A stretch of DNA of 64,000 nt from Octopus vulgaris (GCA_951406725.2 OX597817.1:48794001-48858000); one strand, 5' to 3'; positions 27,879-43,683 are shown, counted from the stretch's first letter. The notes: generated by a model not told the origin, from the sequence alone. Made by a program: numbers and translations.

Positions 27879-28783
27879 CAGACACACACACACACACAGA
27901 GATTTTCTCAGAAAATGTACTCTTACATGGAATGAGATAAGGTTCACTAGGTTTAAAATGAGGAAGGCAAATATCTTTACACAAGGCACGAAACCGATCC
28001 TACGACTCTCTCGCAGAGTTATGACACGTATACCTTTCACCCATTAACTGCCAAATTTCTTTATTCATATTTTTTGGCTTTACCAGGTGTCTTAGGAGTT
28101 AAAATAATATATAGTATTTATATATATAATAATATATAGTATTTAAATTTTTTTCTTAATATGATAAACTTTTCGAAAAGTCCCAAATGGCTGAAATAAA
28201 GCATATTTATCATTTTCTATTCAATTGCAATAATAGACATTTTAGTTTTTTTGAAACTATAGTATCAAATGTGAATGTGTATGAAATATCAAAGAATAAT
28301 ACAGATGGAAAATGCAAAACAAAATTTTAAAAAAACGTTTTCAAAACAGTCAATATTTTTGTAGTTCAAAAATTTCGATTTGTGACGTAAAATGTCCTCT
28401 AGAATTAGCCAGAACTAATAATGACAAACTTTAACTACTAAATATTATTAAACACACCTCTGCAAATGCAATGTGTATGAGCAATTGACTTTAAATACAG
28501 CCAATAACCGGCAGTGAGACTATTTTTAGCAGATCCACAAATAGGGCTCATGGCAGGCAAAGGGTTAATGTGGTACAGCATGTAACAAAACCTTTCAATA
28601 GTAAGCACTATCCGCCTGATGGAATCTCTACAGTTTCCTTCTTCCGACTTTCGATCGCGATGTATAAGGTCCTCAAAAGCTGTAGAAAATAATATTTGTC
28701 CAAGATGCTGCACAGTAGGATCGAACTCGGGATATCGTAGTCGAAAACTGAGCATCTTCACTATTATGTCATACTGTGCCTGC

Positions 28784-28825
<42 letters not shown>

Positions 28826-28870
28826 GTCTGTCTGTCTGTCTGTCTTTCTGTCTATCTGTCTATCTGTCTG

Positions 28871-28947
<77 letters not shown>

Positions 28948-28988
28948 GTATCTGTCTATCTATCTATATATCTACCTATATCTATCTG

Positions 28989-29047
<59 letters not shown>

Positions 29048-29056
29048 GTCTATCTA

Positions 29057-29087
<31 letters not shown>

Positions 29088-29090
29088 TTA
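28784..29090. repeat. (TATC)n/(TGTC)n microsatellite (representative of many simple repeats)
   Basis: Direct inspection. Confidence 0.95.
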
Positions 29091-29912
29091 TCTGTATAGC
29101 TATCTATCCGCTTATATTTGTGTCCGATTGTGTTTGTGTGTGTATATTTTTGTGTGTGTATGTGTATGTGAGTGCGTCAGTGTGCTAATGTGTGTGTATG
29201 TGTATATACATATATATATGTGTGTGTATGTGTGTGTGTGTGTGTGTGTGTATGTGTGCGTGTGCGTGGCTGTGTATAATGTGTATGTATATATATATGA
29301 CCTACACACACTCCTACACACACACACGTACATTCGCAAACACACGCGAACTCACACCCGCACACACACACACACGCAAACACACACACACACACACACA
29401 TACAAACACACACACAAATATAGGCCGAGTGTTTAAGTTCGATTCACAAGCATGATGTCTCACTTCGAATTAACTTGGGTACGTGCTTTTCCCATACTCT
29501 GAGTTCTGATTTCGATCCTAGGAAAAAGGTGTGTGTATAAACTCGCTAGATGAACCAGAGTTGTAATTCAGATATTTTGGTAATACGGCGTGCAACTTGA
29601 TTGTACTTTAGAATTCGGTAAAGATTGCTAGTTTCTCAATTACACTCGCCTCATACACGCTTCTTCAAAAATAAATGTTTTAATTCAACGAGTAGCAGCA
29701 TAGTCTTATACAAGATGTGGAGGAGAGCCATTACATACAAACATACATTCATACATACGTAAATATATCCCTGCATTTATGTGCATACATTATACATGCA
29801 AATTTAAATCGTGCATGTGAACGTATGTGTAAAATATATGAGTTTATATTATACAAATTAATATGTATGCGTATTATATATATATATACATATAGATTTA
29901 TTATATGTCTTG

Positions 29913-29960
<48 letters not shown>

Positions 29961-30003
29961 TATGTATGTAAGTATCTCTCTCTCTCACTCTCTCTCTATC
30001 TCT

Positions 30004-30040
<37 letters not shown>

Positions 30041-30690
30041 TAGATAGATAGATATATATACATATACATATACAAGACATATAATAAATCTATATGTTTG
30101 TATACATATATATATATATATATATATATAAATATATGTAAAACTGTATGGTACATTTTGTCATCTATTAAGTAATGGAACGCAACACACCGAATTTATG
30201 TATATATATACAATAACCTAAAATGCACCTATTAAGGAACACAACAATATTTGATTAGCTCTGTTTTTTTTTTTTTTTTTGCTTTCTCTTCACAAAATTT
30301 CTCTTTACGTTGCATATTGAAACAAAAAGGCGCCATGTCATTAATATATACGCGAACGAAACACTTGAAAGTGTTCGCAAGTTTGTTTATTGACCCTCTC
30401 TACTTGAGAAAATATTAAGATATTCAAAATCATATATACCCTCTTTTGTGTTGTATATATGATTATTATATATTTAAAGTGATAATACAAATTCTTATAG
30501 TTACTATGCCACTGCATACAAGTTAACGCTGTTTGCTTGGCAATATCGTTGTATATTTTCTTAAACGTAACAGCATACAGTTTTAAAGTGAAAAGAAACG
30601 TCTAAGATTTATTATTTAAGCTTTGTGTTCAGAATAATACTAAATAAAACATCGAAGTGATATATTGTCGTAAAACTATAAATTACTTAC

Positions 30691-30848
30691 CAAACTTCTT
30701 GCTGTCTGTAGTGAAGTTAAAGCATTCAAAGTTCATCTCAATATTAAAAGCTTGTCTGTTTGTTTTAAATTTTTGTATATATTTTAGGAGTATCTGTTTG
30801 GATTTCTTGTGTAAAGCTTCTAATTAACTTTTGCATCATGGCCTAGAT
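30691..30848 (-). other. Candidate non-coding 5'UTR exon of the SLCO gene
   Basis: Acceptor ttttgctttaattttgacag and donor TTG|GTAAGT bound 158 nt in a repeat-free stretch upstream of the first coding exon. No transcript evidence. Confidence 0.45.
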
Positions 30849-31670
30849 CTGTCAAAATTAAAGCAAAAGTGAAGACGCCAAATTTGTAAAACAGAACATT
30901 CACATTTACCAACAAAAAGTGAACCATACTATACACAGTGAAGTGAGTTGTTAATCATTGTATTTCTTACTAGGTCTGTAACTCACCTGTCATAGCACCT
31001 ATAGAGAAGAACAATCTTTTTTTTTTTAAAGTAAATAAAAGTAAACAAAAAGAAATATCGTTTGACCTACCTCGTAGTCTCAGTGACGAAATCACTAACT
31101 ACAAAACGGACACTGCATTTAATGACAGTAGCAAAACAAACAATAATGAAACCTTCAATAAAACAATTGAACAAACACATAGGAAAATATTTATTTGATC
31201 ACATTGTGGAGTTACCTTAATTGGGATAGCAGCGGAATTAAGGAAATGTAAGAAAAAAAGCAATAACTAGTAACAACAATGGAAACTTATTTACTCAGAG
31301 AAATAAAATGACGATATTTCATAAATTAAACTGCATTATTAAAATATTTAGCATTACTAATGGCAGTACAGCAACAGTTATACTATTGCTATTATAAATC
31401 ATGTTAGTTACAATAGTGTTAGAAACAAGCTTGGCTACAGGAAAGCGCTGAATGTTACATTTATTCATAATTTAATGTTAGAATTTGAAATCTCATTAAA
31501 ATCTACTTGAAACAATAATAAAAATTCTATGGAATTATAATGACGGAAACAATAAAAACTATATAACAACGATGAGCAGAATGCCTCAGATATTCGTTGT
31601 AATATTAGCACAAGACCAGCGATTTTGAAGGGGGAAAGCAACTTTATTACATCGACCGCAATACAAGACT

Positions 31671-32120
31671 GGGATCTTTTCAGTTTGAACGGCAGTTTTT
31701 TCTAGCGGTATCATATGAAATTGTCACCCATAATTATGACCCTAGTATCGATCTATTGCATTTCAATCTGTTTTAGGGTTAGGGTTAGGGTTAGGGTAAG
31801 GGTTAGGGTAAGGGTTAGGGTTGGGGGAATGGTATCTTTTTTTCTTCAGAAATGTAAATAAACCCAATCTGTTTCTTAAACGAGGAACATATTCATACGG
31901 CACAGAATATTTTCACCTCAATAGACGTCATTGATTGGTTGAAATTGCAGAAATTGATGGAAAAAATAACAACAAATATCTTACAAACCATAGAATTTTC
32001 TCAATAAAGCCAAGAGAAAAAGATGTTTTATAAACACATTCTACCAGTATACGAAGTTTAAAAGTGTTTAGTTACGTGGAAATTATTTTAAAAAACTGCC
32101 GGTCAAACCGAAAAGATCCC
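31671..32120. mobile_element. MITE with internal (TTAGGG)n, second copy
   Basis: Same TIRs and interior as 24514-24939; inserted inside a SINE. Confidence 0.85.
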
Positions 32121-33111
32121 AACTTTATTACATCGACTCCAATACATGACTGGTACTTTATTTTATCAACTCCTAAAGGACGTAGAGCAAAGTCGAACTC
32201 AGCAGTATTTGAACTCAGAACATACAGATTCAGAAGTAATGCCACTGAGCGTTTTGTCCGACACGCCAACGCGTCTGCCAGCTCGCTGCCTCCATGACGT
32301 CTGAAGTAAGGCTAGAGAAATATGGCGCAAAGAGTAAAAACATCTTGACAAACAAAAAGGAAGTAATCTAACAACACGCATAGCAATAAATTGATAACAG
32401 AGAAAACAGAAGACTTTGGAATATCAAGAGAACGAATTTCTCTTAAATAGCTCCTAAATCTTTAATGAGTATCATAATTAAGGCCCCGGAGGAGATCATG
32501 TTTCAATTTCTAGTTATAGCTTTGCTAATTTCACAAATGCCTTTTATGATTGCATGGATGTTACATAGTCTTGTTTCTCTATGTTGGATTGTTATTTCTA
32601 TTAATTATCAATATTAACGGATCAAAACGGAATCGATTATCTTCTGGATATTATTGTTATTTCTTTCTTAGATATTACTCGTCATGTTCGCTAAGTCCTC
32701 AAACCTCTCATGTTCTTCCATTAGTTTGGAGTCATTAATTGAATTTTCCGTATATTTTACCGACAAAACTTAGTTTAAAGTATCTAGAATACATCTGTAT
32801 ACAACTGGACACTTTTCATATCAGTAACAAGCAGGGTAGGGTTTCTTTTTAAGTTATTGTGATAAAAAAGGCAATGCCTATTAATGCGCCATGCCTAAAC
32901 TAGCAAAATATAAGCAGTTTATAATCATGTTGAAAATGCGTGGACTATTTTCTGAAAGAAAATCTCAGGGTATGAAATTTCAAAGGATTGTTTTCGTAGG
33001 GTGTGATATTCAAACCATTTAGCGAGGGATCTAAGATTCTGATATTGCATTGGTGAGGAAAAGAAGAGAGACTGTATTGATTGATTCTGTATTGAGAAAG
33101 TATACAACATT

Positions 33112-33527
33112 CGGAGGCGAACTGGCAGAAACGTTAGCACGCCGGGCGAAATGCGTAGCCGTATTTCGTCTGCCGTTACGTTCTGAGTTCAAATTCCGCC
33201 GAGGTCGACTTTGCCTTTCATCCTTTCGGGGTCAATTAAATAAGTATCAGTTACGCACTGGGGTCGATGTAATCGACTTAATCTATTTGTCTGTCCTTGT
33301 TTGTCCTCTCTGTGTTTAGCCCCTTGTGGGTAGTAATGAAATAGGTATTTCGTCTGCCGCGACGTTCTGAGTTCAAATTCCGCCGAGGTCGACTTTGCCT
33401 TTCATTCTTTCAGGGTCGATAAATTAAGTACCAGTTACGCACTGGGGTCGATGTAATCGACTTAATCCGATTGTCTGCCCTTGTTTGTCCTCTCTATGTT
33501 TAGCCCCTTGTGGACAATAAAGAAATA
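33112..33527 (+). mobile_element. SINE family 2 (MetaSINE-like core), internally duplicated, 17-bp TSD
   Basis: Core gcctttcatcctttcggggtcgataaa; TSD agaaagtatacaacatt at 33095-33111 and 33528-33544. Confidence 0.85.
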
Positions 33528-34276
33528 AGAAAGTATACAACATTTTAGTCTAAGAAGAGCGGTGATTAGATGTCGTTGAAGTAATTGCAGAAGGGGTAAA
33601 GAATAAACAGCATATAGGTGAGCTAGAAGTTTTAACATGCTCTTGGCTAAACCGTTGCCAGTTCAGGGGACGGTTTCGATTCGGATATGGCGCATGTGAT
33701 TGTGTGAGTAACAGCTACAGCGTTATCCTAAATATGCGAGCACATCTCCAAAATAGGTCATAACTGAGTTTTGTAGAAGGTTAGCAACTAATTAAAACCG
33801 AAGTATTTTCTAGATCTGAAGAGGAAACCTAGTCTTTGGAGGTAAGAAAATTATGAGACTCGGAATTTGTAGCGATTTTGCAGTTTATTTCTATGTTGTT
33901 TATGTATAGAAAGATTGTCGTACTAATGACATGTGAAGCAATTGTTTTTGTGTTGTTGGTGCTGAATAGCTACTATGTTCACATTGAAGGATGTTTTCGT
34001 TGGCATTTCGAAGACAAACCATGAAAGTTGTTCGCACCCGGAGTTCTCAGAGTAAAATGTGGTTTCTAGTTCTAGTCCCATTCTGCTGCACCAAGGGCAA
34101 GGCAGATGTCCACTACTATAGTCCCGGAACAACTAGTGGCTTGTGAGTGTGAATTTGGTAGACAAAACCAGTGTAGTAGCCCATTGTGCATGTGAATATA
34201 TACATGTGACCGCGTGTGTATCATTGGCGATTTTCTTTCTCCGTCTTCCCTTCTTTGGATCTTTCCTTTTCCTATG

Positions 34277-34309
34277 TTTCTGACGAAGAGCTCCGCTCGA
34301 AACGTTAAA
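34277..34309 (+). ncRNA. Minimal type I hammerhead motif in a ~200-bp dispersed repeat
   Basis: ttt-CTGACGA-a gagc tcc gctc-GAAA-CG-TT-aaa. Homologous motifs at 48039-48071(-), 5230-5263(-), 47261-47298(+), 49174-49210(-). Confidence 0.7.
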
Positions 34310-34699
34310 TCTTCCTTCTTTCTTTCCTTTCCTGGGCGTCCAATAACACTGTACTTGTTCCACGTCCTCGCGTTGTTGTATTTTCTCTTTGTCTATGTTT
34401 GGATTAATGCCGTTTGGACCAGTCCCGTAGGGACGACGAAATACGACGTCATCATCGGACACATCAGTGGCGATGAGGGTTTGGACAATATCGCCACTGG
34501 GACATAACATTACTTAACCAATTAACTAATCAATTCTTCGATTAATTGATCGGTCAATCAATCAACCAGTTAGGCTTTTCAAAGTCATTTCGTCGCCACT
34601 CGTGACTTCATCAATGGTGCATATCGCTTCAAGCGTACATTTGACTTGTGACTTAATCTTTAGCTGCAAAGATATTTAACTTGTGTACAATTTCTGTGT

Positions 34700-35225
34700 A
34701 GAGGCACATGGTATAGTGGTTAGAGCAGCGGACTTGCGGTCGAAGGATCGCGGATTCGAATCTCAGACCGGGCGATGTGTGTGTTTATGAGCGAAACACC
34801 TAAGCTCCACGCAGCTCCGGCAGAAGGTAATGGCGAACTTCTGCTGACTTTTTCGACACAACTTTCTCTTACTCTTTTCTCCTGCATTTTGCAGCTCACC
34901 TGCGAAGGACCGGCGTCCCATCCAGGTGGGGAACCTATAAGCGAAAGAAACCGGAAAACCGGCCCTTATGAGCCAGACGTAGTTCGAGAAGGAACAAACA
35001 ACAATCTCTGTACGTAGAGGCACATGGCTTAGTGGTTAAGGTATTGAAATTCTGATCGTAAGATTGTGGCTTCGATTCCTGGACCAGGCGATGTGTTGTG
35101 ATCTTGAGAAAAACTCTTCATTTCAAGTTGCTCCTTTCCAGTCAGTTGGTAAAATTAAGTAATCCTGCGGTGGACTGGCGTCCCGTCCAGGGTGGGGCAT
35201 ATACGCCAGAGAAATGGGAGAAACG
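34700..35225 (+). mobile_element. Two adjacent tRNA-derived CORE-like SINEs
   Basis: Heads gaggcacatgg at about 34701 and 35017, each with A and B boxes. Confidence 0.7.
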
Positions 35226-35713
35226 GTGTAGTGTGGAGAAAGCATAATTTCTGTACCCTCTTCTTTATTTACTTAACTCTGCAAAGTTCTTTGATTCCTT
35301 ATCATCACTATGTCCTAGTGATTTTGAATTCGAACACGAATTACTCAATATATTATACACACCATATATTTAAGAAAATAATTACGAAACATATTTTTTC
35401 CTTCGAAAAACTTACAGAATATGCGTCGCTCCCATACATCTCTACTAATGTTATTATTATTATTATCATTATAAAGGTGTCGAGTTGGCAGAATCGTTAG
35501 CACGCTAGAACAAATACTTAGCGGCTTTTCGTCCGTCTTTACATTCTGAGTTCAAATTCTGCCGAGGTCGAGTTTGCCTTTCATCCTTTCGGGGTCGATA
35601 AATTAAATACCAGTGAAACATCGAGATCGATAAAATCGACTTATCCCTTGCCTCAAAATTGCTGCCCTTGTGGAAAAATTTGAAGCCATTATTATTATTA
35701 TTGTTATTATTAC

Positions 35714-36068
35714 TGCCTTTGCACAGCTTCTAATGCTGGAGATGTACTACGGTGTCAACTGTTCACTACCAGTCAACTAATGTAACACCTCTTATTTTTC
35801 GAGCACCTTCTGGAGTATTTGAGCGGTTCCAAGCAGTTCTGTTTTCTGCAAGTGCTCCACTCTTATTGCAGCCCCTATTTGTTCCATGTACTTCTCGAGA
35901 TTTTTACTCACTGTTCCCAGGGCTACGACAATTATTGGTATTACTACCACTTTTTGCATCAACCACAACTGCTTAACCTTCCAAGCTAACCCGTCATATC
36001 TATCGACTTTTCTTTCTTCCTGATCGCATACCTTGTTGTCAGCTGGGCATGCTATATCTATGATCCAT
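35714..36068 (-). mobile_element. Third Dong/R4-type 3' end
   Basis: Minus strand reads WIIDIACPADNKV..KVDRYDGL..IPIIVVALGTV..LQKTELLGTA; (TTA)n on both sides. Confidence 0.75.
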
Positions 36069-36069
36069 G

Positions 36070-36120
<51 letters not shown>

Positions 36121-36618
36121 GTCGTTTAGTCGGCGGAAAAACGGATTCCATCATTTCCAACATTTTCAGGGCCTCCAACATTGCTTGCATGTCAAGACCC
36201 GGAGACTTGGTCCGAATGCTTGAAACAGAACGGATTATGTTAAAGGTACCCCAACAGGTGGGAATGTTAAACCGTTCGATGATTTAAGTCTACCGTCAAA
36301 AATAAAGAGTAATTCTTCTAATACACTTCCAAACAGATTTCCACTATCGTCATTCACAAGGTCTTGGAAGACCCAAGTTTAAGGTAGAAAACATATTCCC
36401 GGTCTAAATGCGTTGTGGAATTAGACGTGAAACCACGAAGTTGAAAGGCGAAGTTCTAAACGACACAACTGTAGCTAAGCTCGCAAATTGGATTCGTCAT
36501 AAATTATGACTGGCATTAATAACAAGCTAACGATGCAGCCCCTTTGTGGAAACTTGACTTCTCCTTCAAACCACATACTATCATCTTACAAAAAGAATAT
36601 ATACTACGCCTATATATA

Positions 36619-37045
36619 GGCGCAGGGGTGGCTTTGTGGTAAGTTGCTTGCTTACCAACCACATGGTTCCGAGTTCAGTCCCATTGCGTGGCACCTTGGG
36701 CAAGTGTATTCTACTATAGCCTCGGGCCGACCAAAGCCTTGTGAGTAGATTTGGTAGACAGAAACTAAAAGAAGCCCGTCGTGTATATGTATATATATAT
36801 ATGTGTGTGTGTATCTGTGTGTGTGTGTATGTGTGTTTGTGTGTCTGTGTTTGTTCCCCCAATATCGCTTGACAACCGATGCTGTAGTATGTACGTCCTT
36901 GTAACTTAGCGGTTCGACAAAAGAGACCGATAGAATAAGTGCTAGGCTTACAAAGAATAAGTCCTGGGGTCGATTTGCTCGACTAAAGGCGGTGCTCCTG
37001 CATGGCCACAGTCAAATGACTGAAACAAGTAAAAGGGTAAAGAGT
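36619..37045 (+). mobile_element. SINE family 1
   Basis: Full-length copy. Confidence 0.85.
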
Positions 37046-37089
37046 ACGTCTTACCACCACCACCACCACCACCAATAAAATCGTGAATA

Positions 37090-37460
37090 AAATGTTGTTG
37101 TGGGCATCCTTTTGTCTCGGGAGACAATGGAAATTACAAACACTAAACCAGACTAATCCTGCCTGGTTTTTACATTTCATGTCCCCTCCAGTTTCCTCTC
37201 CAGTTTTGCGCAGGCCTGGGCTAGATGTGAGAAAATCCTGGGTAGCCCAATCGTCAGGATTCTTCTCTCGACCTTGCTGACGTAGTCCAAAGGAGTGCAG
37301 AGCATTACGTTTGGCACCAGCTTGGTTGCAGGAGCTGCCAGAAGAGTCGAACACTAAACCGCTTACGGGGCTCCACTCCGGATTTCTTTGAAGGTTGTCT
37401 CCTTTCTGCAACCCAGGATAGGGGGATCATATAGGGTAGGTCGGATTATTTATCCTACAT
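37090..37460 (-). mobile_element. Probable RTE-type LINE 5' fragment
   Basis: GC-richer segment containing a ggcagctcctgcaaccaagctggtgccaaacg motif recalled from RTE 5' regions. Confidence 0.35.
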
Positions 37461-37469
37461 CCCCTAAAA

Positions 37470-38290
37470 AGCTATCCGCAGATAGCTGATGGTAATCTCT
37501 AGTCATATAAACAACCACACTACGGATGAACTGAGAGAGAAACTTATAAATATCGACAAAGAATTCGGCCTTGCTCTTCTTCCACCACTATAGTAAAAGT
37601 GAATTTCCTGGGCCTAACTCTAGACATCGAGACAAGCAAGTGATATCCTTACGAAAATCTGAACGAGGAAAGTTCTAGTATTCATAGGCTCCCATCCCCA
37701 GCTGTAATTAGAAACCTAGTCACAAGTATCAGCAGCAAAGGCTTGAATTTATGGGCGGAGAGATAGATTATTAATAGTGTGGTATGCAACAATAATGAGG
37801 CACTTGTGGTTTTACTGATAAGTTAGTGTATATGGAGAATGCTCATCTCAAACGTTAAGAGATTTAGAGAGTGAAAAGCAATCAAGTTTAATTTTCCATT
37901 CAATCAGATGTTTCTACAAATATAGCTAGGAGCTTCCTGACGCTGATTAGATAGGATCGGACAGCACAGATATCTTAAACACTTTAATTCTTATAATCTT
38001 TGAAGTTGAGTGCAATAACAGAAGCAAATCCATCCCCATACAATCTTCACCCTACACTGCAACTAATAATTACCGACACTTAACCGACACCCTATCAACC
38101 ACCCATTGGCAAGATCCTCAAAAGCTTTTTCCTATAAAGCTGCCATCACGAGACACCATACAGGCATAACAGCCAATATCTTTAAAGGAAGATACACGAA
38201 ACACACGCTTTTCTTCTGATGTAGAACAGAAAAACATCTACCTCCATGTCTCGCTTTGTCTGGAAATTTCGAGATTAGAGAAACAAAACC
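37470..38290 (+). pseudogene. Decayed Penelope-like retroelement (RT thumb plus GIY-YIG endonuclease remnant)
   Basis: Manual translation gives DELREKLINIDKEFGL, VNFLGLTLDIETSK*YPY, PAVIRNLVTSISS..NNEAL, YKAAIT..TGITANIFKGRYTKH and STSMSRFVWKFR, with stops and frameshifts. Confidence 0.65.
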
Positions 38291-38459
38291 CCCAGCACCA
38301 CATCCTTAATAGAGAGCCTCTTTAACTCGTAATTGCCAATTTTGCCTCCCTGAGAAATCACACATATTCCACCAGTCTGCAGCATCCGTCGGCAGGAAAG
38401 CTGGCATGTCTTACTGTTGCCACCAGAGCTACACCCTGGCCACTGAAAACCTAGATTAC

Positions 38460-38685
38460 CTATTTCTCTACTACCCACAAGGGGCTAAACACAGAGAGGA
38501 CAAACAAGAACAGACAAACAGATTAAGTCGATTATATCGACCCCAGTGCATAACTGGTACTTATTTAATCGACCCCGAAAGGATGACAGGCAAAGTCGAC
38601 CGCGGCGGAATTTGAACTCAGAACGTAGCGGCAGACGAAATACCACTGAGCATTTCGCCCGGCGTGCTAACAATTCTGCCGCCTT
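38460..38685 (-). mobile_element. SINE family 2
   Basis: Reverse complement of the family sequence. Further copies at about 18425-18625, 26408-26615, 35497-35685 and 56165-56355. Confidence 0.8.
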
Positions 38686-38919
38686 AACTTAGATATATTA
38701 ATGTTAGTAAGGTAAATCTTCATTTTGATAAAAACAAAAAAAAGATAATAAACACCTGCGATCGGTTGAATATAGAAAACAAAATGACACTAGTTTCATC
38801 GAACGGAAGTAGTTCAGAGTATTTGTAATTTTCATGGTCATTGAACTGGAAACTAGGATTGGGTTCCATTGATTAAAAATTTGCAAGTACATATTATTGT
38901 AATTGAGTACCTTTGTACT

Positions 38920-39259
38920 CTGTGAGGCGCATGGCTCAGTGGTTAGAGCGTCGAGCTAACGATCGCGAGGTTGTGAGCTCGAATTCCGGACCGGGCTGCG
39001 TGTTGTGTTCTTGAGCAAGGCACTTTATTTTCACTTTATTTTCACTCAGTTGTAGAAATGAGTTGCGACGTCACAGGTGCCAATCTGTATCGACCTTTGT
39101 CTTTCCCTTGGATAACACTGGTGGCGTGGAGAGGGGAGGCTGGTATGCATGGGGACTGCTGGTCTTCCATAAACAACCTTGCCCGGACTTGTGTCTAGGA
39201 GGGTAACTTTCTAGGTGCAATCCCATGGTCATTCATGACCGAAGGGGGTCTTTACCCTT
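38920..39259 (+). mobile_element. tRNA-derived CORE-like SINE with 12-bp TSD
   Basis: A/B boxes; TSD tacctttgtact at 38908-38919 and 39260-39271. Confidence 0.8.
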
Positions 39260-39769
39260 TACCTTTGTACTAATTCATCAACGCATACAGCACGTGACTG
39301 TGTGGTAAAAAGTTCGCTTCCAAATCATACGGTTTAGATTCAGTTCCACTGCTTGGTACCTTGGGCGAGTGTCTTCTACTATAGCCCCGGACCGATCAAA
39401 GGCTTGCAAGCGGATTTGGTAGACGGAAACTGAAAGAAACCAATGTTTTTGTACGGTTCCATAAACTAAAAGTTTGAACATTGATTAATGTGTCTCAGGA
39501 ATTATCTATTACTTGTTTCAGTCATGAGACTGCGACCATCCTGGAGTACCATCTTGAAGGTTTATGTCAAACAAAGCTATCCCATTTCTTGTTGTCTTAA
39601 CTCTGGTATTTATCTTATTGGTGTCTTTGGCCGAATCACTTATTTACGGTGACATAAACAAACCAGCACCGGATGTCAATCGGTAGTGGGCAACCGCAGA
39701 CACAAAAACACACACTTACACATACATTTATAGCAGATTTTCATACAGTTTCCCTCCATTTAATTCACT

Positions 39770-40280
39770 CTTGAGGCATTTGTCCTTCAGATTGTTGACA
39801 AATGTCAGATGACGCCTGTCACGCTTGCGAGTTTCGTGCTTTTTGTTCCAGAGCAAAATTTTGATTCTTCCTCTTCTTCTTCTTCTTCTTCTTCTTCTTC
39901 TTCTTCGTTTTCCGATCTTGTTGGGCACTTTTGGAAGGCTTCCATAGAGATACTCACTGGTCATGTACTGCTGCCACATCGCATCCAGGGATATTCCTAG
40001 CACCCTTGTGTAGCCATCTAAAACTCTTCTTTACTTGTTTGGTAAGTGTCCACGTTTCGTTGCTATATAAAAGAAGTGACTCGGCAGTGAGAAGAAGCAG
40101 AGGGATTTCTGTTCCCCTTAGCCATCTTCATTTCCATATTCTCTTGAGTTTGTGACATGCTGTACAAGTTTGTGCTTTTCCTACTTTGATATCAATATCG
40201 GAGTTGTTTACTCATCTACCAGGATACCTGAAATCCTCAACCGTATTCATCTTAACCGTCCATTGCTCACAGATCACGAT
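39770..40280 (-). pseudogene. RTE-clade LINE C-terminal remnant
   Basis: FRYPG, DIDIK..AC HKLKRIWK, WQQYMTSEYLYGSLPKV and ILLWNKKH fragments. Confidence 0.6.
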
Positions 40281-40289
40281 TTTTGTTTT

Positions 40290-40580
40290 GGTCCAAGGAC
40301 GTGTACACCGCTTCTTCATGGTTTTCAGTGAAAATCAAGTCCGTGGTACTGATGTTGCGTGTTACCGAGAAATTTATAGAATGCGAAAAAGAGCCTCTAC
40401 GAAAAAAAACTCTAGACTTGATTTTTAAAAAGAAATCTTTAAGTCCGTCTACGAGTGCTTGTGAATCGGCGAACGCATCTGCAAACGATGGTGTGCGCGA
40501 GTGTAATGAGAGTGAAAGTTATCTAAAAAAACGGTCATAATATTAATATTTTTTATCATAAATGATTTTATATTATAAAT
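40290..40580 (+). mobile_element. pogo/Tigger-like transposase C-terminal remnant
   Basis: CYREIY..KKTLDLIFKK; similar to 44020-44225. Confidence 0.55.
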
Positions 40581-40875
40581 AGAGCGATATAGTTGATGTC
40601 AAAGCTGATGGCATAGATTAAAAAACAAACCTAGTCGACCGGCAATTGCCGAGAGAGCTCAACATACTGTAACTGTCAATTTCTGCACCATTCAGTCAGA
40701 GCACAAACGTTTAGAACTTAGAGAAATGGTTTATGGTGTTAGCCTGAAATAGTGTTTCTGACATTACTATAAACATCTTGACGGTAGAAAATCAAAAGAG
40801 TCAACACGATGATAAGCTAGAATTTACCCAACTGGAGTATTGTAAGCACTCAAGCATGACCGCGTCAGTAATTAT

Positions 40876-41366
<491 letters not shown>

Positions 41367-41969
41367 ATAAGGTTAGATTTTAACTCTTTATTTTCATATT
41401 TCCACGCGTAGTTACGTAATTTTTTATTTGGTTTGAAATAGAATAAAAATGTCTTACCAAACATTAGAAAATTAAGTAATGGGAAAATTTTGTGCCGCCG
41501 TGCTTCGCTGATCTATCATTGACGCCTTCACAAAATTCGATTTTTATTTGGAAAAGTACGAGTTGTATTGAACGTTCTTGAAGAATGTCTTGAAATAGAG
41601 ATTGCCTGTTTCAAAGAAATATCTTAGCGAAACCCCTCGGATAATAAAGTCTACTCCCTGTTTCATCTACTCCGCGTTACCTTTGAAACGCGGTGTAGAT
41701 GAATCAGGGACAACTGATGAATGGGAATATTTTTTATGTTGCATGTCTCGTTTCTCTGTTTTTTTTCGTTGTTCGAAAAAAAGTTCGTTTTCTATGTTTC
41801 TCTTTTATGATTTCGTTTCTCATTGTGTTCAACGTTTTTTTCTTTTTTGATGTCCTGTACCCATATATGCATGTAAATATACATATATATGTAGGTACGT
41901 ACATATATGTATGTATATATGCATATATTTATATATTATTTATATCATATGATCGAACACCACGCATCC

Positions 41970-43398
<1,429 letters not shown>

Positions 43399-43399
43399 T

Positions 43400-43630
43400 A
43401 TTCAAATAGGGTAATAAAATAAATTATTTTTACCAGTGGCCTAGCACAAAAGACGAATTAGTCATTAGAGTATATATTTTTTCGTATAGAAATATGATAA
43501 AAGACTTCCAAATAAGAAAGCGTAGTGCCAGAAACACAAAAAGGGATCAATTAATGAAAGGATAAATTCCTTTCATAAATTTATCCCTTTTTGTGTTTCT
43601 AGCACTACGCTTCCTTATTTGGAAGCCTTT

Positions 43631-43638
<8 letters not shown>
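43400..43638. repeat. (TA)n-flanked fold-back fragment
   Basis: Inverted arms spanning about 43492-43638. No intact hammerhead core seen. Confidence 0.6.

Positions 43639-43683
<45 letters not shown>

Noticed and set aside
24617-31822. TTAGGG runs as a telomere or fusion site
   Set aside because: Short runs internal to two copies of a MITE.
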